Assembly: GCA_038087875.1 (NCBI GenBank)
Contig: JAXLNO010000149.1
Coordinates: 1-64,000, forward strand
DNA length: 64,000 nt
Direction: 5' to 3'
From: Malacoraja senta
Taxonomy: Eukaryota
Shown here: positions 14,175 to 24,855 of the stretch, in pieces
Layout: every line of letters starts with the position of its first letter
Position numbering within the stretch: the first letter of the stretch is position 1
The notes under the pieces: generated by a model
Told to the model about the DNA's origin: nothing
What the model saw: the letters and a program-made list of their open reading frames with translations, nothing else
The model's database searches: none
Made by a program: the position numbers and the translations under genes

Positions 14175-14750
14175 CCCTGACCAACACGCCCCATCTACAC
14201 TAGTCCCACCCCGACCAACATGCCCCATCTAAACTAGTCCCACCCCGACCAACATACCCCATCTACACTAGTCCCACCCCCACCAACATGCCCCATCTAC
14301 ACTAGTCCCACTCCGACCAACATGCCCCATCTAAACTAGTCCCACCCCGACCAACACGCCCCATCTACACTAGTCCCACCCGACCAACATGCCCCATCCA
14401 CACTAGTCCCACCTGCCCACACCGACCAACATGCCCCATCTACACTAGTCCCACCCCGACCAACATGCCCCATCCACACTAGTCCCACCTGCCCACACCG
14501 ACCAACATGCCCCATCTACACTAGTCCCACCCCGACCAACATGCCCCATGTAAACTAGTCCCACCCCGACCAACATGCCCCATCTACACTAGTCCCACCC
14601 CGACCAACATGCCCGATCCACACTAGTCCCACCTGCCCACACCGACCAACATGCCCCATCTACACTAGTCCCACCTGCCCACACCGACCAACATGCCCCA
14701 TCTACACTAGTCCCACACCGACCAACATGCCCCATCTACACTAGTCCCAC
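14175..14750. repeat. Minisatellite of about 34/43-bp units derived from a CR1 3' end
   Basis: Unit CCGACCAACATGCCCCATCTACACTAGTCCCAC(CTGCCCAC), about 16 copies. It is the reverse complement of the CR1 3' sequence seen at about 34635-34670. Confidence 0.9.
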
Positions 14751-15890
14751 CGTTTGACCCAGATCCCTCTAAACCTGTCCGAGCCAAGGTCAAGTTCGCG
14801 TTTAGTGTCACTTAACCAAATGAGGAACAGGGAAACTTGAGTGAAAAGCGACGATACCATTTCACTCAATTTAACCTGTACCTGTCTAAACCTCTTTTAA
14901 ATGTTGCGATAGTCCCTGTCTGTGGCAATGTCACCCCCCTCAACCCCCCCCCCTGCCTCAACAACCCCCCCACCCCCCCCCCCCCCCACAGCTCTCGTGT
15001 GGGAAAAGTTACCCGATTCCTATTAAATCTTTGCCCCTTCACCTTGAACCTGTGTCCTGTGGTCCTCGATTCCCCTACTCTGGGCAAGAGACTGTGTGGG
15101 ACTGGAGGGGGAGGGGTGGGTAGCACCCTAGGGGCTGGGGTTTAGGGTGGGGTGGGGACTGGGGTTCAAGGCGCGTGGGGATTGGGGTGAGGGTGGTAGG
15201 ATCTGGGGTGAATGATGGGGATTCCGCGGGGGGGGGGTGGGGACAGGGCTTCAGGGCGGGTGTGGGTGGGGGTGAGTAGATTGGCCTGCGATCCCGTGTG
15301 CCAACCTCTGCATTGGGCCACCACAAGGCTCGGTGCTGGGACCAGCAGTGACTAGTGGGGTACCACAAGGCTCGGTGCTGGGACCAGCAGTGACTAGTGG
15401 GGTACCGCAAGGCTCGGTGCTGGGACCGCAGCTATTTACAATATATATCAATGATTTGGATGAAGGGATTAAACGTAACATTAGCAAATTTGCAGATGAC
15501 ACAAAGCTGGGTGGCAGTGTGAACTGTGAGGAGGATGCTATGAGAATGCAGGGTGACTTGGACAGGTTGGGGGAGTGGGCAGATGCATGGCAGATGGAGT
15601 TTAATGTGGATAAATGTGAGGTTATCCACTTTGGTATCAAAAACAGGAATCAGATTACTATTTATATGGCGTCAAGTTGGGAAAAGGGGAAGTACAACGG
15701 GATCTGGGGGTCCTTGTTCATCAGTTACTGAAAGTAAGCATGCAGGTACAGCAGGCAGTGAAGAAAGCCAATGGCATGTTGGCCTTCATAACAAGATGAG
15801 TTGAGTACAGGAGCAAAGAAGTTCTTCTGCAGTTGTACAGGGCCCTAGTGAGACCACACCTGGAGTATTGTGTGCAGTTTTGGACCCCTA

Positions 15891-18800
15891 CTTTTTATTT
15901 TTTTTATTTTTTATTTTATTAGAAATATTTTACATTACAATAATCTGCAATAACGTAAGTTTATACTTTTCTTGTGCCACTTCTTATTTTAAACTTTAAT
16001 AATAGAAAAGGATAGAAAGAGTTATTAAAGATAGTAAGTGAGTGATTGAAAGAGTGGTCCAGGAACACCCATATGGACCTAAACCACAAGAAATAGGTTT
16101 TTTTTTAAAGAAAAAAAAACGCGAAAAACCAAAAGGAGGAAAAAGAAAAAAGAAAACATAAGATAAGATAGGACAATATGAAAGGGATGTACCTACTTCA
16201 TATCTTTACTCACCACTCGCCAGGTCCTGAAACCATTTATTATCAACATTTTGTTGCACCCTATGTTTGTAATAAGTCGATAAATGGAGACCAAATCTTT
16301 TGGAATTAGTCTGGTTTACCTGCTAAGAGGAATCTCATATCTTCTAGATGTAACAGTTCCAACATAGAAGTCCACATTTTTGTCGTTGGCGTGGGAGCAT
16401 TTCCCCAAAATTTCAGTATGTTTTTTTGCCGTTATTAAGCCGTAATTAAGAAAACTCCTTTGAAACGAAGTCAGCTCGAAACTTGCTTCTATTGTTCCAA
16501 AAATAATCAGTTCTGCATTCGGTTTCAGTTTTATTTTAAATAATTTAGTGAACATTTCGAAAATTTCATTCCAAAATTTGTTGGATTTTTATACAAAAAA
16601 CAAAAGAATGTGCTATAGTTGCTTCTTGGGTTAGGCATTTATCACAGATAGAAGAGGTATTTGGGTAACATTTACTTAATTTAACTTTCAAATAGTATAA
16701 TCTATGTACAATTTTAAATTGAATTAGAGTATGTCTTACGTTAATCGAGCATTTATGCACATATAACAGGTGTTTATCCCAACTCTCTTGCAAGATTTTT
16801 ATAACTAGTTCCTTTCCCATTCTCTTCTAATTCCATCAGGTGATGGAATTTCTATGTTTAAAATGGAATTATACAGGTATGATATTAAATTAGCTGATTC
16901 CGCTTTTATATTCATTATCTCATCTAATAGGTCAGGAGACATATTTTGATATTCCCGAGTATATTTTTTCAAATAGTCACGTATTTGAAAGTATTTAAAA
17001 TATTGATTACTACTCAAGTTGTATTTGTTGTAGTTGGTGAAATGTTAAAAAACTTCCATTATCATACATATCTCCAAACGTTTTAATTCCTACTCTATCC
17101 CAATTTGAAAAACATTTATCTATCATAGAAGGTTTAAACGAAGGGTTATTCATTATAGGTGAGAGAAGTGATAGATTTTTTAATTTTAAAGTTAATTTTA
17201 TTTGTTTCCAAATTCTAATTGTACTGTGAATAATTGGATTCTTTCTGTATATTGTTTTCTTCATTTTTGTTGGTGAGAGAAGGATCGCTCCTATGTTAAA
17301 AGGGGAACAGTCCTCTCTCTCCATTACTATCCAGTCCACCTGCTTGGCCGAATTGTCCAACAGGTGAATCATATTTTTGACATTTGTGGCGCAGTAATAA
17401 TATAAGAAATTAGGTAGTGATAATCCGCCAGATTCTTTAGGTTTACACAAATGTTTTCTTTGGATTCTGTGGGATTTATAGTCCCATATAAAGTTTGTAA
17501 TATCAGTATCCAATTAAAAAAAAAAAAAATTTGGTAAATATATTTACCAAAAAATTTAATATCATTAACATAGGAGCGATCCTTCTCTCACCAACAAAAA
17601 TGAGTAAAACAATATACAGTAAAAATCCAATTATTCATAGTACAATTAGAATTTGGAAACAAATAAAATTAACTTTAAAATTAAGAACATTGACTGGAAT
17701 AGATATAAAATTTGTGGTAAAAAGATCATTTTTATAGCATTTATTCGGCCTATAAGAGACATCGGAAGAGTTTTCCAGAATTTAATCAGTATGTTTAATT
17801 TATTGAGTAAGGGCATATAGTTTGCATTAAATAAAGATTTATATTTTCTAGTAATTTCAATTCCCAAATATTTAAATTTTTCGGAAGCGATTTTAAAAGG
17901 GAATTTTAACAGGTGTGTTGGGTCTTGAGGTTTAATCGTCATAATTTCACTATTATTCCAATTTATTCTATATCCTGAAAAGGATCCAAATTCCTCTATT
18001 AAATTTAATATATTTGGTATACTGATTTGTGATTTTGTGATATATAGTAGTACATCATCTGCATATAATGATATCTTATTATTTGAGTATTTTGTATTAT
18101 ACCCATGGATGTTCGGATGTATTCTAATACTTTCCGCTAACGGTTCTATTACAAGAGCAAATAGCAGAGGTGATAATGAACATCCCTGTCTATTTCCCCT
18201 TGATAATTGAAATTTCGGGGACAAAATATTATTAGTTAATATTCTGGCAGTAGGCCTATCATATAATAATTTTACCCAAGCGATAAAATTCTCTCCCATT
18301 TGAAATTTTTGCAATACTTTGACAAGGTAATCCCATTCCACTTGATCAAATGCTTTTTCTGCGTCCAGTGAAATAATTGATAAGTCTTGTTCTTCGGTTT
18401 TATGTGAGTGCATTATATTAAACAGACGTCTCAGGTTGTTGCATGAGTATCTCTTGGGTATAAACCCTGTTTGATCCGGATTTATTAATTTACTAACATA
18501 GTTACTTAATCTTCTAGCTAATGTTTTCGCTAATATTTTTTGATCTGTATTTAACAGCGCAATAGAAGGTTAAGGGGGGACTTGATAGAGGTCTTTAAAA
18601 TGATGAGAGGGATAGACAGAGTTGACGTGGATAAGCTTTTCCCATTGAGAGTAGGGAAGATTCAAACAAGGGGACATGACTTGAGAATTAAGGGACAGAA
18701 GTTTAGGGGTAACATGAGGGGGAACTTCTGTACTCAGAGAGTGGTGGCTGTGTGGAATGAGCTTCCAGTGAAGGTGGTGGAGGCAGGTTCGTTTTTATCA

Positions 18801-19047
18801 TTTAAAAATAAATTGGATAGTTATATGGACGGGAAAGGAATGGAGGGTTATGGTCTGAGCGCAGGTATATGGGACTAGGGGAGAATACGTGTTCGGCACG
18901 GACTAGAAGGGTCGAGATGGCCTGTTTCCGTGCTGTAATTGTTATATGTTATATATGGTTATATAAGAACCCGGATCTTCTAAATCTTTACCTTTTTTAG
19001 GTATAAGGGTAATCGTTGATTCCGCTAATGTTTCTGGAAGTGTATGT
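15891..19047 (-). mobile_element. L1-clade LINE ORF2 (RT to 3' end), 5'-truncated and disrupted
   Basis: Contains SLDAEKAFD, RQGCSLSPLLF, LYADDVL and KYLGI, a C-terminal Cys/His region and an A-rich tail. A CR1 is nested at 18566-18962. Confidence 0.93.
18566..18962 (+). mobile_element. CR1 3' fragment nested in the L1
   Basis: ORF 18582-18878 is a CR1 C-terminus with a GTTATAT tail. It interrupts the L1 GS-YRP-IALLN motif. Confidence 0.9.
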
Positions 19048-19729
19048 CCCCTAATTTGAGGCAGGACATTCTTCCTATTGAGGGAGTGCAGCGTAGGTTC
19101 ACCAGGTTAAATCCCGGGATGGCAGGATGGCGGGACTGTCATATGTTGATAGAATGGAGCGGCTGGGTTGTATACTCTGGAGTCTAGAAGGATGAGAGGA
19201 GATCTTATTGAAAGATATAAGATTATTAAGGGATTGGACATGCTAGAGGCAGGACACATGTTCCCGATGTTGGGGGAGTCCAGAACCAGGGGCCACAATT
19301 TAAGAATAAGGAGTAAGCTATTTAGAACATAGACGAGGAAAAACATTTTCTCACAGAGAGTGGTGAGTCTGTGGAATTCTCTGCCTCGGGTGGAGGCAGG
19401 TTCTCTGGATGCTTTCAAGAGAGAGCTAGATAGGGCTCCTAAAAATAGCGGAGTCAGGGGATATGGGGAGAAGGAAGGAACGGGGTACTGATTGGGGATG
19501 ATCAGCCATGATCACATTGAATGGCGGTGCTGGCACGAAGGGCCAAATGGCCTACTCCTGCACCTATTGTCTATTGTCTATTGTCTACACATGGATCCCG
19601 CCCCGGATGGCAGGCATCACATCACGTGTTGACAGAACGTGCACGGCCGTGCCGGTGGCTTTGCGCAGGATACGGTACAGCCAGCGCTCGGCGCTCAGCG
19701 GGCCGGATGAATACGGGAAAAACAATCCG

Positions 19730-19798
19730 CCTGTGGGCCGGATGATTTCGGGTTTTGGGCCGCATTCGGCCCGGGGGCCGTAGGTTGCCGACCCCCTG
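19730..19798 (-). mobile_element. hAT/Charlie-like DNA transposon terminus
   Basis: Minus strand begins CAGGGGGTCGGCAACCTACGGCCC, which resembles Charlie-type terminal inverted repeats (TIRs). The partner end was not identified. Confidence 0.55.
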
Positions 19799-20252
19799 CC
19801 TTAGATGTTAGTGCAGAGTTTCTCAATCTTAGGGGTCGGCCATTTAGGACTGAGATGTGGAAAAAACTTATTCACCCAGAGAATTGTGAGTCTGTGGAAT
19901 TCTCTGCCACAGAGGGCAGTGGAGGCCAATTCACTGGATGTTTTCAAGAGAGAGTTAGATTTAGCTCTTGGGGCTAACGGAATCAAGGGATATGGGGGAG
20001 AAGGCAGGAACGGGGTACTGATTGGGGATGATCAGCCATGATCACATTGAATTGTGGTGCTGGCACGTAGGGCCGAATGGCCTACTCCTGCACCTGTTGA
20101 CTATTGTCACCCATGGATGCTGTTTTTTCTCTCCAACTGGCCAATGGGAGGTTGGTACCCCACTCCCAGCCTGACCCGGGGCACCCATTGGAATTACCCT
20201 CCCCCCACCCCTCCCCCCCCCCCGCTGCCACCCGTGGGTGCTGTCTCCACAG

Positions 20253-20537
20253 TTCTGGGTGAGTTCCCTTCCGTCAACCTGCTGGAGTACACGGAGGGCG
20301 GGGTGCGGCTGGTGTGTGACTCTCAGCGCTGGTACCCCCATCCCACGGTGGTGTGGAGGCTGCACCAGGGCGGGGAGGTGTCCCGGCAGCCCGTAACCAC
20401 GAGCGAGCAGAACGCCAAGAGTTTATTCAGTGTGAAGAGCATCGTGGAGGTGACGGCCCACAGTGGCAGCGATTACCAGTGTCTGATAAACGGAGCGAAC
20501 GCCAAGCAGACTGTCTCCACCGACTTCCACGTACCAG
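20253..20537 (+). CDS. Butyrophilin-like gene, IgC (B7/BTN C-type) exon
   Basis: Acceptor ctccacAG, donor GTcaga; 285 nt, phase 1-1. Encodes LGEFPSVNLLEYTEGGVRLVCDSQRWYPHPTVVW...LFSVKSIVEV...YQCLI...FHVP, with the BTN/B7 CxSxxWYPxPxVxW motif. Confidence 0.9.
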
Positions 20538-20559
20538 GTCAGAGCTCACCGTCGGACAT

Positions 20560-22385
20560 GGGGATGGATCAATGTGAGGTTGTCCACTTTGGTGGCAAAA
20601 ACAGGAAGGCAGATTATTGATGATTTGGATGAAGGGATTCAAAGTAACATTAGCATATTTGCAGATGACACAAAGCTGGGTGGCAGAGTGAACTGTGAGG
20701 AGGATGCTATGAGGATGCAGGGTGACTTGGACAGGTTGGGGGAGTGGGCAGATGCATGGCAGTTGCAGTTTTATGTGGATAAATGAGAGGTTATCCACTT
20801 TGGTAGCAAAAACAGGAAGGCAGATTACTATCTAAATGGCGTCAAGTTGGGAAAAGGGGAAGTACAACGGGATCTGGGGTCCGTGTTCATCACTCACTGA
20901 AAGTAAGCATACAGGTACAGCAGGCAGTGAAGAAAGCTAATGGCATGTTGGCGTTCATAACATGAGGAGTTGAGTATAGGAGCAAATAGGTCCTTCTGCA
21001 GTTGTACAGGGCCCTAGTGAGACCACACCTGGAGTATTGTGTGTAGTTTTGGTCTCCAAATATGAGGAAGGACATTCTTGCTATTGAGGGAGTGCAGCGT
21101 AGGTTCACCAGGTTAATTCCCGGGATGGCGGGACTGTCATATGTTGATAGAATGGAGCAGCTGGGCTTGTATACTCTAGAGTTTAGAAGGATCAGAGGGG
21201 ATCTTATTGAAACATATAAGATTATTAAGGGTTTAAGTAGGAACTGCAGATGCTGGAATGAAATTTTTGAAATTTTCACCAAATTATTTAAAATAAAACT
21301 GAAACCGAATGCAGAATTGATTATTTTTGGAACAATAGAAGCAAGTTTGGAGCTGACTTAGTTTCATAGGAGTTTTCTTAATTATGGCTTAATAACGGCA
21401 AAAAAACTGATACTGAAACTTTGGAAAAATGCTCCTAAGCCAACAATAAAAATGTGGACTTCTAATATGTCGGAATTGTTACACCTAGAAGATATGAGAT
21501 TCCTCCTAGCAAGTAAACCAGACCAATTCCAAAAGATTTGGTCTCCATATATCGACTTATTACAAACATAGGGTGCAACAAAATGTTGATAATAAATGGT
21601 TTTAGGACCTGGCGAGGGGTGAGTAAAGATAAGAAGTAGGTACATCCCTCTCATAATGTCCAATCTTACTTTCTTTTTTATTTATTTTTTTTCCTCCTTT
21701 TGGGGTTTTTTTTCTTTTCTTTTTAAACTATTTCTTGTGGTTTAGGTTCATATGGGTGTTCCTGGACCACTCTTTCATTCACTCACTGACTATCTTTACT
21801 AACTCTATCCTTTTTTCCTATTAAAGTTTAAAATAAGAAGTGGTACAAGAACTGTATAAACGTACGTTATTGCAGATTACTGTAATGTAAAATACTTCTA
21901 ATTTAAAAAAAAAAAAAGAAAAAAAAAGAAGGAACTGCAGATGCTGGAAAATCGAAGGTAGACAAAAGTGCTGGAGAAACTCAGCGGGTGCAGCAGCATC
22001 TATGGAGCGAAGGAAATAGGCAACGTTTTGGGCCAAAACCCTTCTTCAGTTTCGACACACTAGAGGCAGGAACATATTCCCGATGTTGGGGGAGTCCAGA
22101 ACCAGGGGCTACAGTTCAAGAATAAGGGTTAAGCCATTTAGAACGGTGGCGAGGAAACATTTTTTCTCACGGAGAATTGTGAGTCTGTGGAATTCTCTGC
22201 CTGTGAGGGCAGTGGGGGCCAATTCTCTGGATGCTTTCAAGAGAGAGTTAGTTAGAGCTCTTAAAGATAGCGGAGTCAGGGGATATGGGGAGAAGGCAGG
22301 AACGGGGTAGTGATTGTGGATGATCAGCCATGATCGCATTGAATGGCGGTGCTGGCTCGAAGGGCTCCTGCACCTATTGTCTATT
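20560..22385 (+). mobile_element. CR1 fragment hosting a nested Penelope pLTR piece and L1
   Basis: CR1 RT C-terminus at 20560-21230 resumes at about 22050 after the nested elements. Confidence 0.85.
21259..21929 (+). mobile_element. L1 3' fragment with poly(A) and about 20-bp TSD
   Basis: AGGAACTGCAGATGCTGGAA occurs at 21239-21258 and 21930-21949. The sequence is homologous to the L1 3' end at about 15900-16575. Confidence 0.88.
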
Positions 22386-22483
22386 GTGTACTGAGGTACA
22401 TTGATAAGCTTTTGTTGCGTGCTAACCAGTGAGCAGAAAGACAATACGTGATTACAATTGGGCCATTTACAGTGTACAGATAC

Positions 22484-22488
<5 letters not shown>

Positions 22489-22529
<41 letters not shown>

Positions 22530-23597
22530 TTATTTATTAGAAGTACATTACATCACAGCCACATACATTAATACTCGTCATTTATATCTTCTTACAATTA
22601 ATGTACTCCCTTTATTTATTTTTTTACACTAAAGAAAGAAAAGATTGAAAGAGAGAAGAAAGTGAAGGAAAAAGTGCAAGTGTAGAAAAGTGTAGAAAAT
22701 GTAACAACAAAAAAAAAGGACGAGGACCCTATGAGAGCGAAATTAAAAACAAAAAGAAAAAGAGTTAAGAAATAGGCCCTAAGAAAAGAAAAGAGAGAGA
22801 GAAAAAAAGAAAAACAAATGTTTTTTTTTTTGAGCATCACGTAAATAGGACACCAACTCTTCAACTATCATCCCCCCTTACCCGACCTCAATTTTTTATT
22901 TTTTTAAAGTACTTTTGCACCCTATGTTTGTAATAATTCTATAAATGCAGACCACGTCAGGTGGAAGTGATCTGGTTTACCTGCTAGGAGGAGTCTTATC
23001 TCTTCAAGGTGTAGTGTTTCAAACATATTTGAAATCCACATATTTATAGTTGGTATTGGAGCCTTCTTCCAAAATTTTAGAATTAGCTTTTTTCCAGTTA
23101 TTAACCCATAATCATTAATTTCTTTTGAAACACATTTAGTTCTGGATCATCTTCCGTTATTCCGAAGATAATCCATTCTGCTTTGGGTATCAGTCTTGTT
23201 TTAAATAACTTTGTAAAGATTTCAAAAATTTCATTCCAAAATTTTTGAATTTTTGTACAGAAGACAAATGAGTGCGCTATAGTTGCTTCTTGGGATTGAC
23301 ATTTATCACAAATAGATGATACGTTTGGGAAAATTTTATGAATTTTAGTTTTCGAATAATATAATCTATGTAAAATTTTAAATTGTATTAAAGTGTGTCT
23401 TACATTAATCGAGCATTTATGTACTTTTAATAAGTATTCATTCCAACTTTCCTTGAAATTTTAATAGCTAACTCTTGTTCCCAGTCTCTTCTGATACCCT
23501 CCGTAGATGGTATTTGTACATTTAAGATAATATTGTACAAATATGATATTAAGTTTGCTGATTCCGCTTTTGTCTGCATTGCCTCGTCCAGTACATC
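22489..23597 (-). mobile_element. L1 3' fragment with long poly(A) and 15-bp TSD, inserted in a Rex1-like 3' end
   Basis: GTACAGATACATGAT occurs at 22474-22488 and 23598-23612, with poly(T) on the + strand at about 22488-22524. Confidence 0.9.
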
Positions 23598-24120
23598 GTA
23601 CAGATACATGATAAGGGAATAACGTTTTAGTTCAAGGTAAAGCCAGTAAAGTCTGATCAAAGATAGCTCAAGGGTCACCAATGAAGTAGGCGGGAGGTCA
23701 GGACTCCTCTCTGGTTGTGGTGGGATGATTCAGTTGACTGATACAGCTGGGAAGAAACAGTCCCTGAATCTGGAGGTGTGCGTTTTCACACTTCTGTAAC
23801 TTTTGCCTGATGGCAGAGGGGAGAAGAGGGAGTGGATGTGGAGGGGATGTTTCCACTAGTGGGATAGTCTAGGACTAGAGTGTCACAGCCTCAGAATTAA
23901 AGGAAGTGTCTTTAGGAAGGAGATGAGGAGGAATCTCTTTAGACAGAGGGCGGTGAATCTGTTGAATTCATTGCCATAGACGGCGGTAGTGGTCAAGTCA
24001 ATGGATGGGTGTGGGGGAAGGGGGGTGCTGGGTGGGAGGGGGAGGTGGATGAGGGAGGGCAAGGGGGGTGCATGACCCCAGGGGATGTCCTGACCTTTGA
24101 CTCGCTCCTGCCTCCTGCAG

Positions 24121-24240
24121 ATGAGTTCTTCCCTCGGACGTCCAAGTGGATGGGCGGATTTGTGGTCATTTTCCTGGCTGTTGTGGCAGCGCTCGTTGGA
24201 CTCGGGCTTCTGTACCGCTGGCTGCAGCGGCATCTACGAG
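24121..24240 (+). CDS. Butyrophilin-like gene, transmembrane exon
   Basis: Acceptor cctgcAG, donor GTaggt; 120 nt, phase 1-1. Encodes DEFFPRTSKW-MGGFVVIFLAVVAALVGLGLLY-RWLQRHLR: a BTN-like FFPRxSxW stalk, a hydrophobic helix and a basic stop-transfer segment. Confidence 0.9.
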
Positions 24241-24855
24241 GTAGGTGCCCACTGGATCCTCTCCCCCGCTGACCTGCAGGCAGATACCTGCAGACGCGGC
24301 AATACCCTGACGTCTGCAGTACCTTGACGCATGCAGTACCTGGAGAATTGTGTGCAGTTTTGCTCTCCAAATTTCAGGAAGGACAAGAGGGAGTGCAGCG
24401 TAGGTTCACCAGGTTAATTCCAGGGATGGCGGGACTGTCATATGTTGAATGAATGGGTTGACTGTGCTTGTATCCACTTTGGTGGCAAAAACAGGAAGGC
24501 AGATATTGTCTAAATGGTGTCAAGTTGGGAAAAGGGGAAGTACAACTGGATCTGGGGATCCTTGTGCACCAGTCACTGAAAGTAAGCATGCAGGTACAGT
24601 AGCAGTGAAGGAAGCGAACTTCATAACGAGAGGAGTTGAGTGTAGGAGCAAAGAGGTCCTTCTGCAGTTGTACAGGGCCCTAGTGAGACCACACCTGGAG
24701 TATTGTGTGCAGTTTTGTTCTCCAAATTTGAGGAAGGACATTCTTGCTATTGAGGGAGTGCAGCGTAGGTTCACCAGGTTAATTCCTGGGATGGTGGGAC
24801 TGAGCTTGTACACACTGGAATTTAGAACAATGAGAGGAGATCTTATTGAAACATA

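Larger units (their letters stand above)
15320..19587 (+). mobile_element. CR1 RT/3' fragment split by an L1 insertion (15320-15890 and 19048-19587)
   Basis: Contains PQGSVLGP and FADD. The CR1 sequence resumes after the L1, with CCCCTA duplicated at 15885-15890 and 19048-19053. Confidence 0.85.

Noticed and set aside
14175..14750. CRISPR-like array of about 34-bp repeats
   Set aside because: There are no unique spacers and no cas genes; it is a CR1-derived minisatellite in a eukaryotic context.
20054..20620. 188-aa ORF as a single-exon gene
   Set aside because: Only 20253-20537 is exon; the flanks are CR1 3' UTR/intron and CR1 RT sequence.
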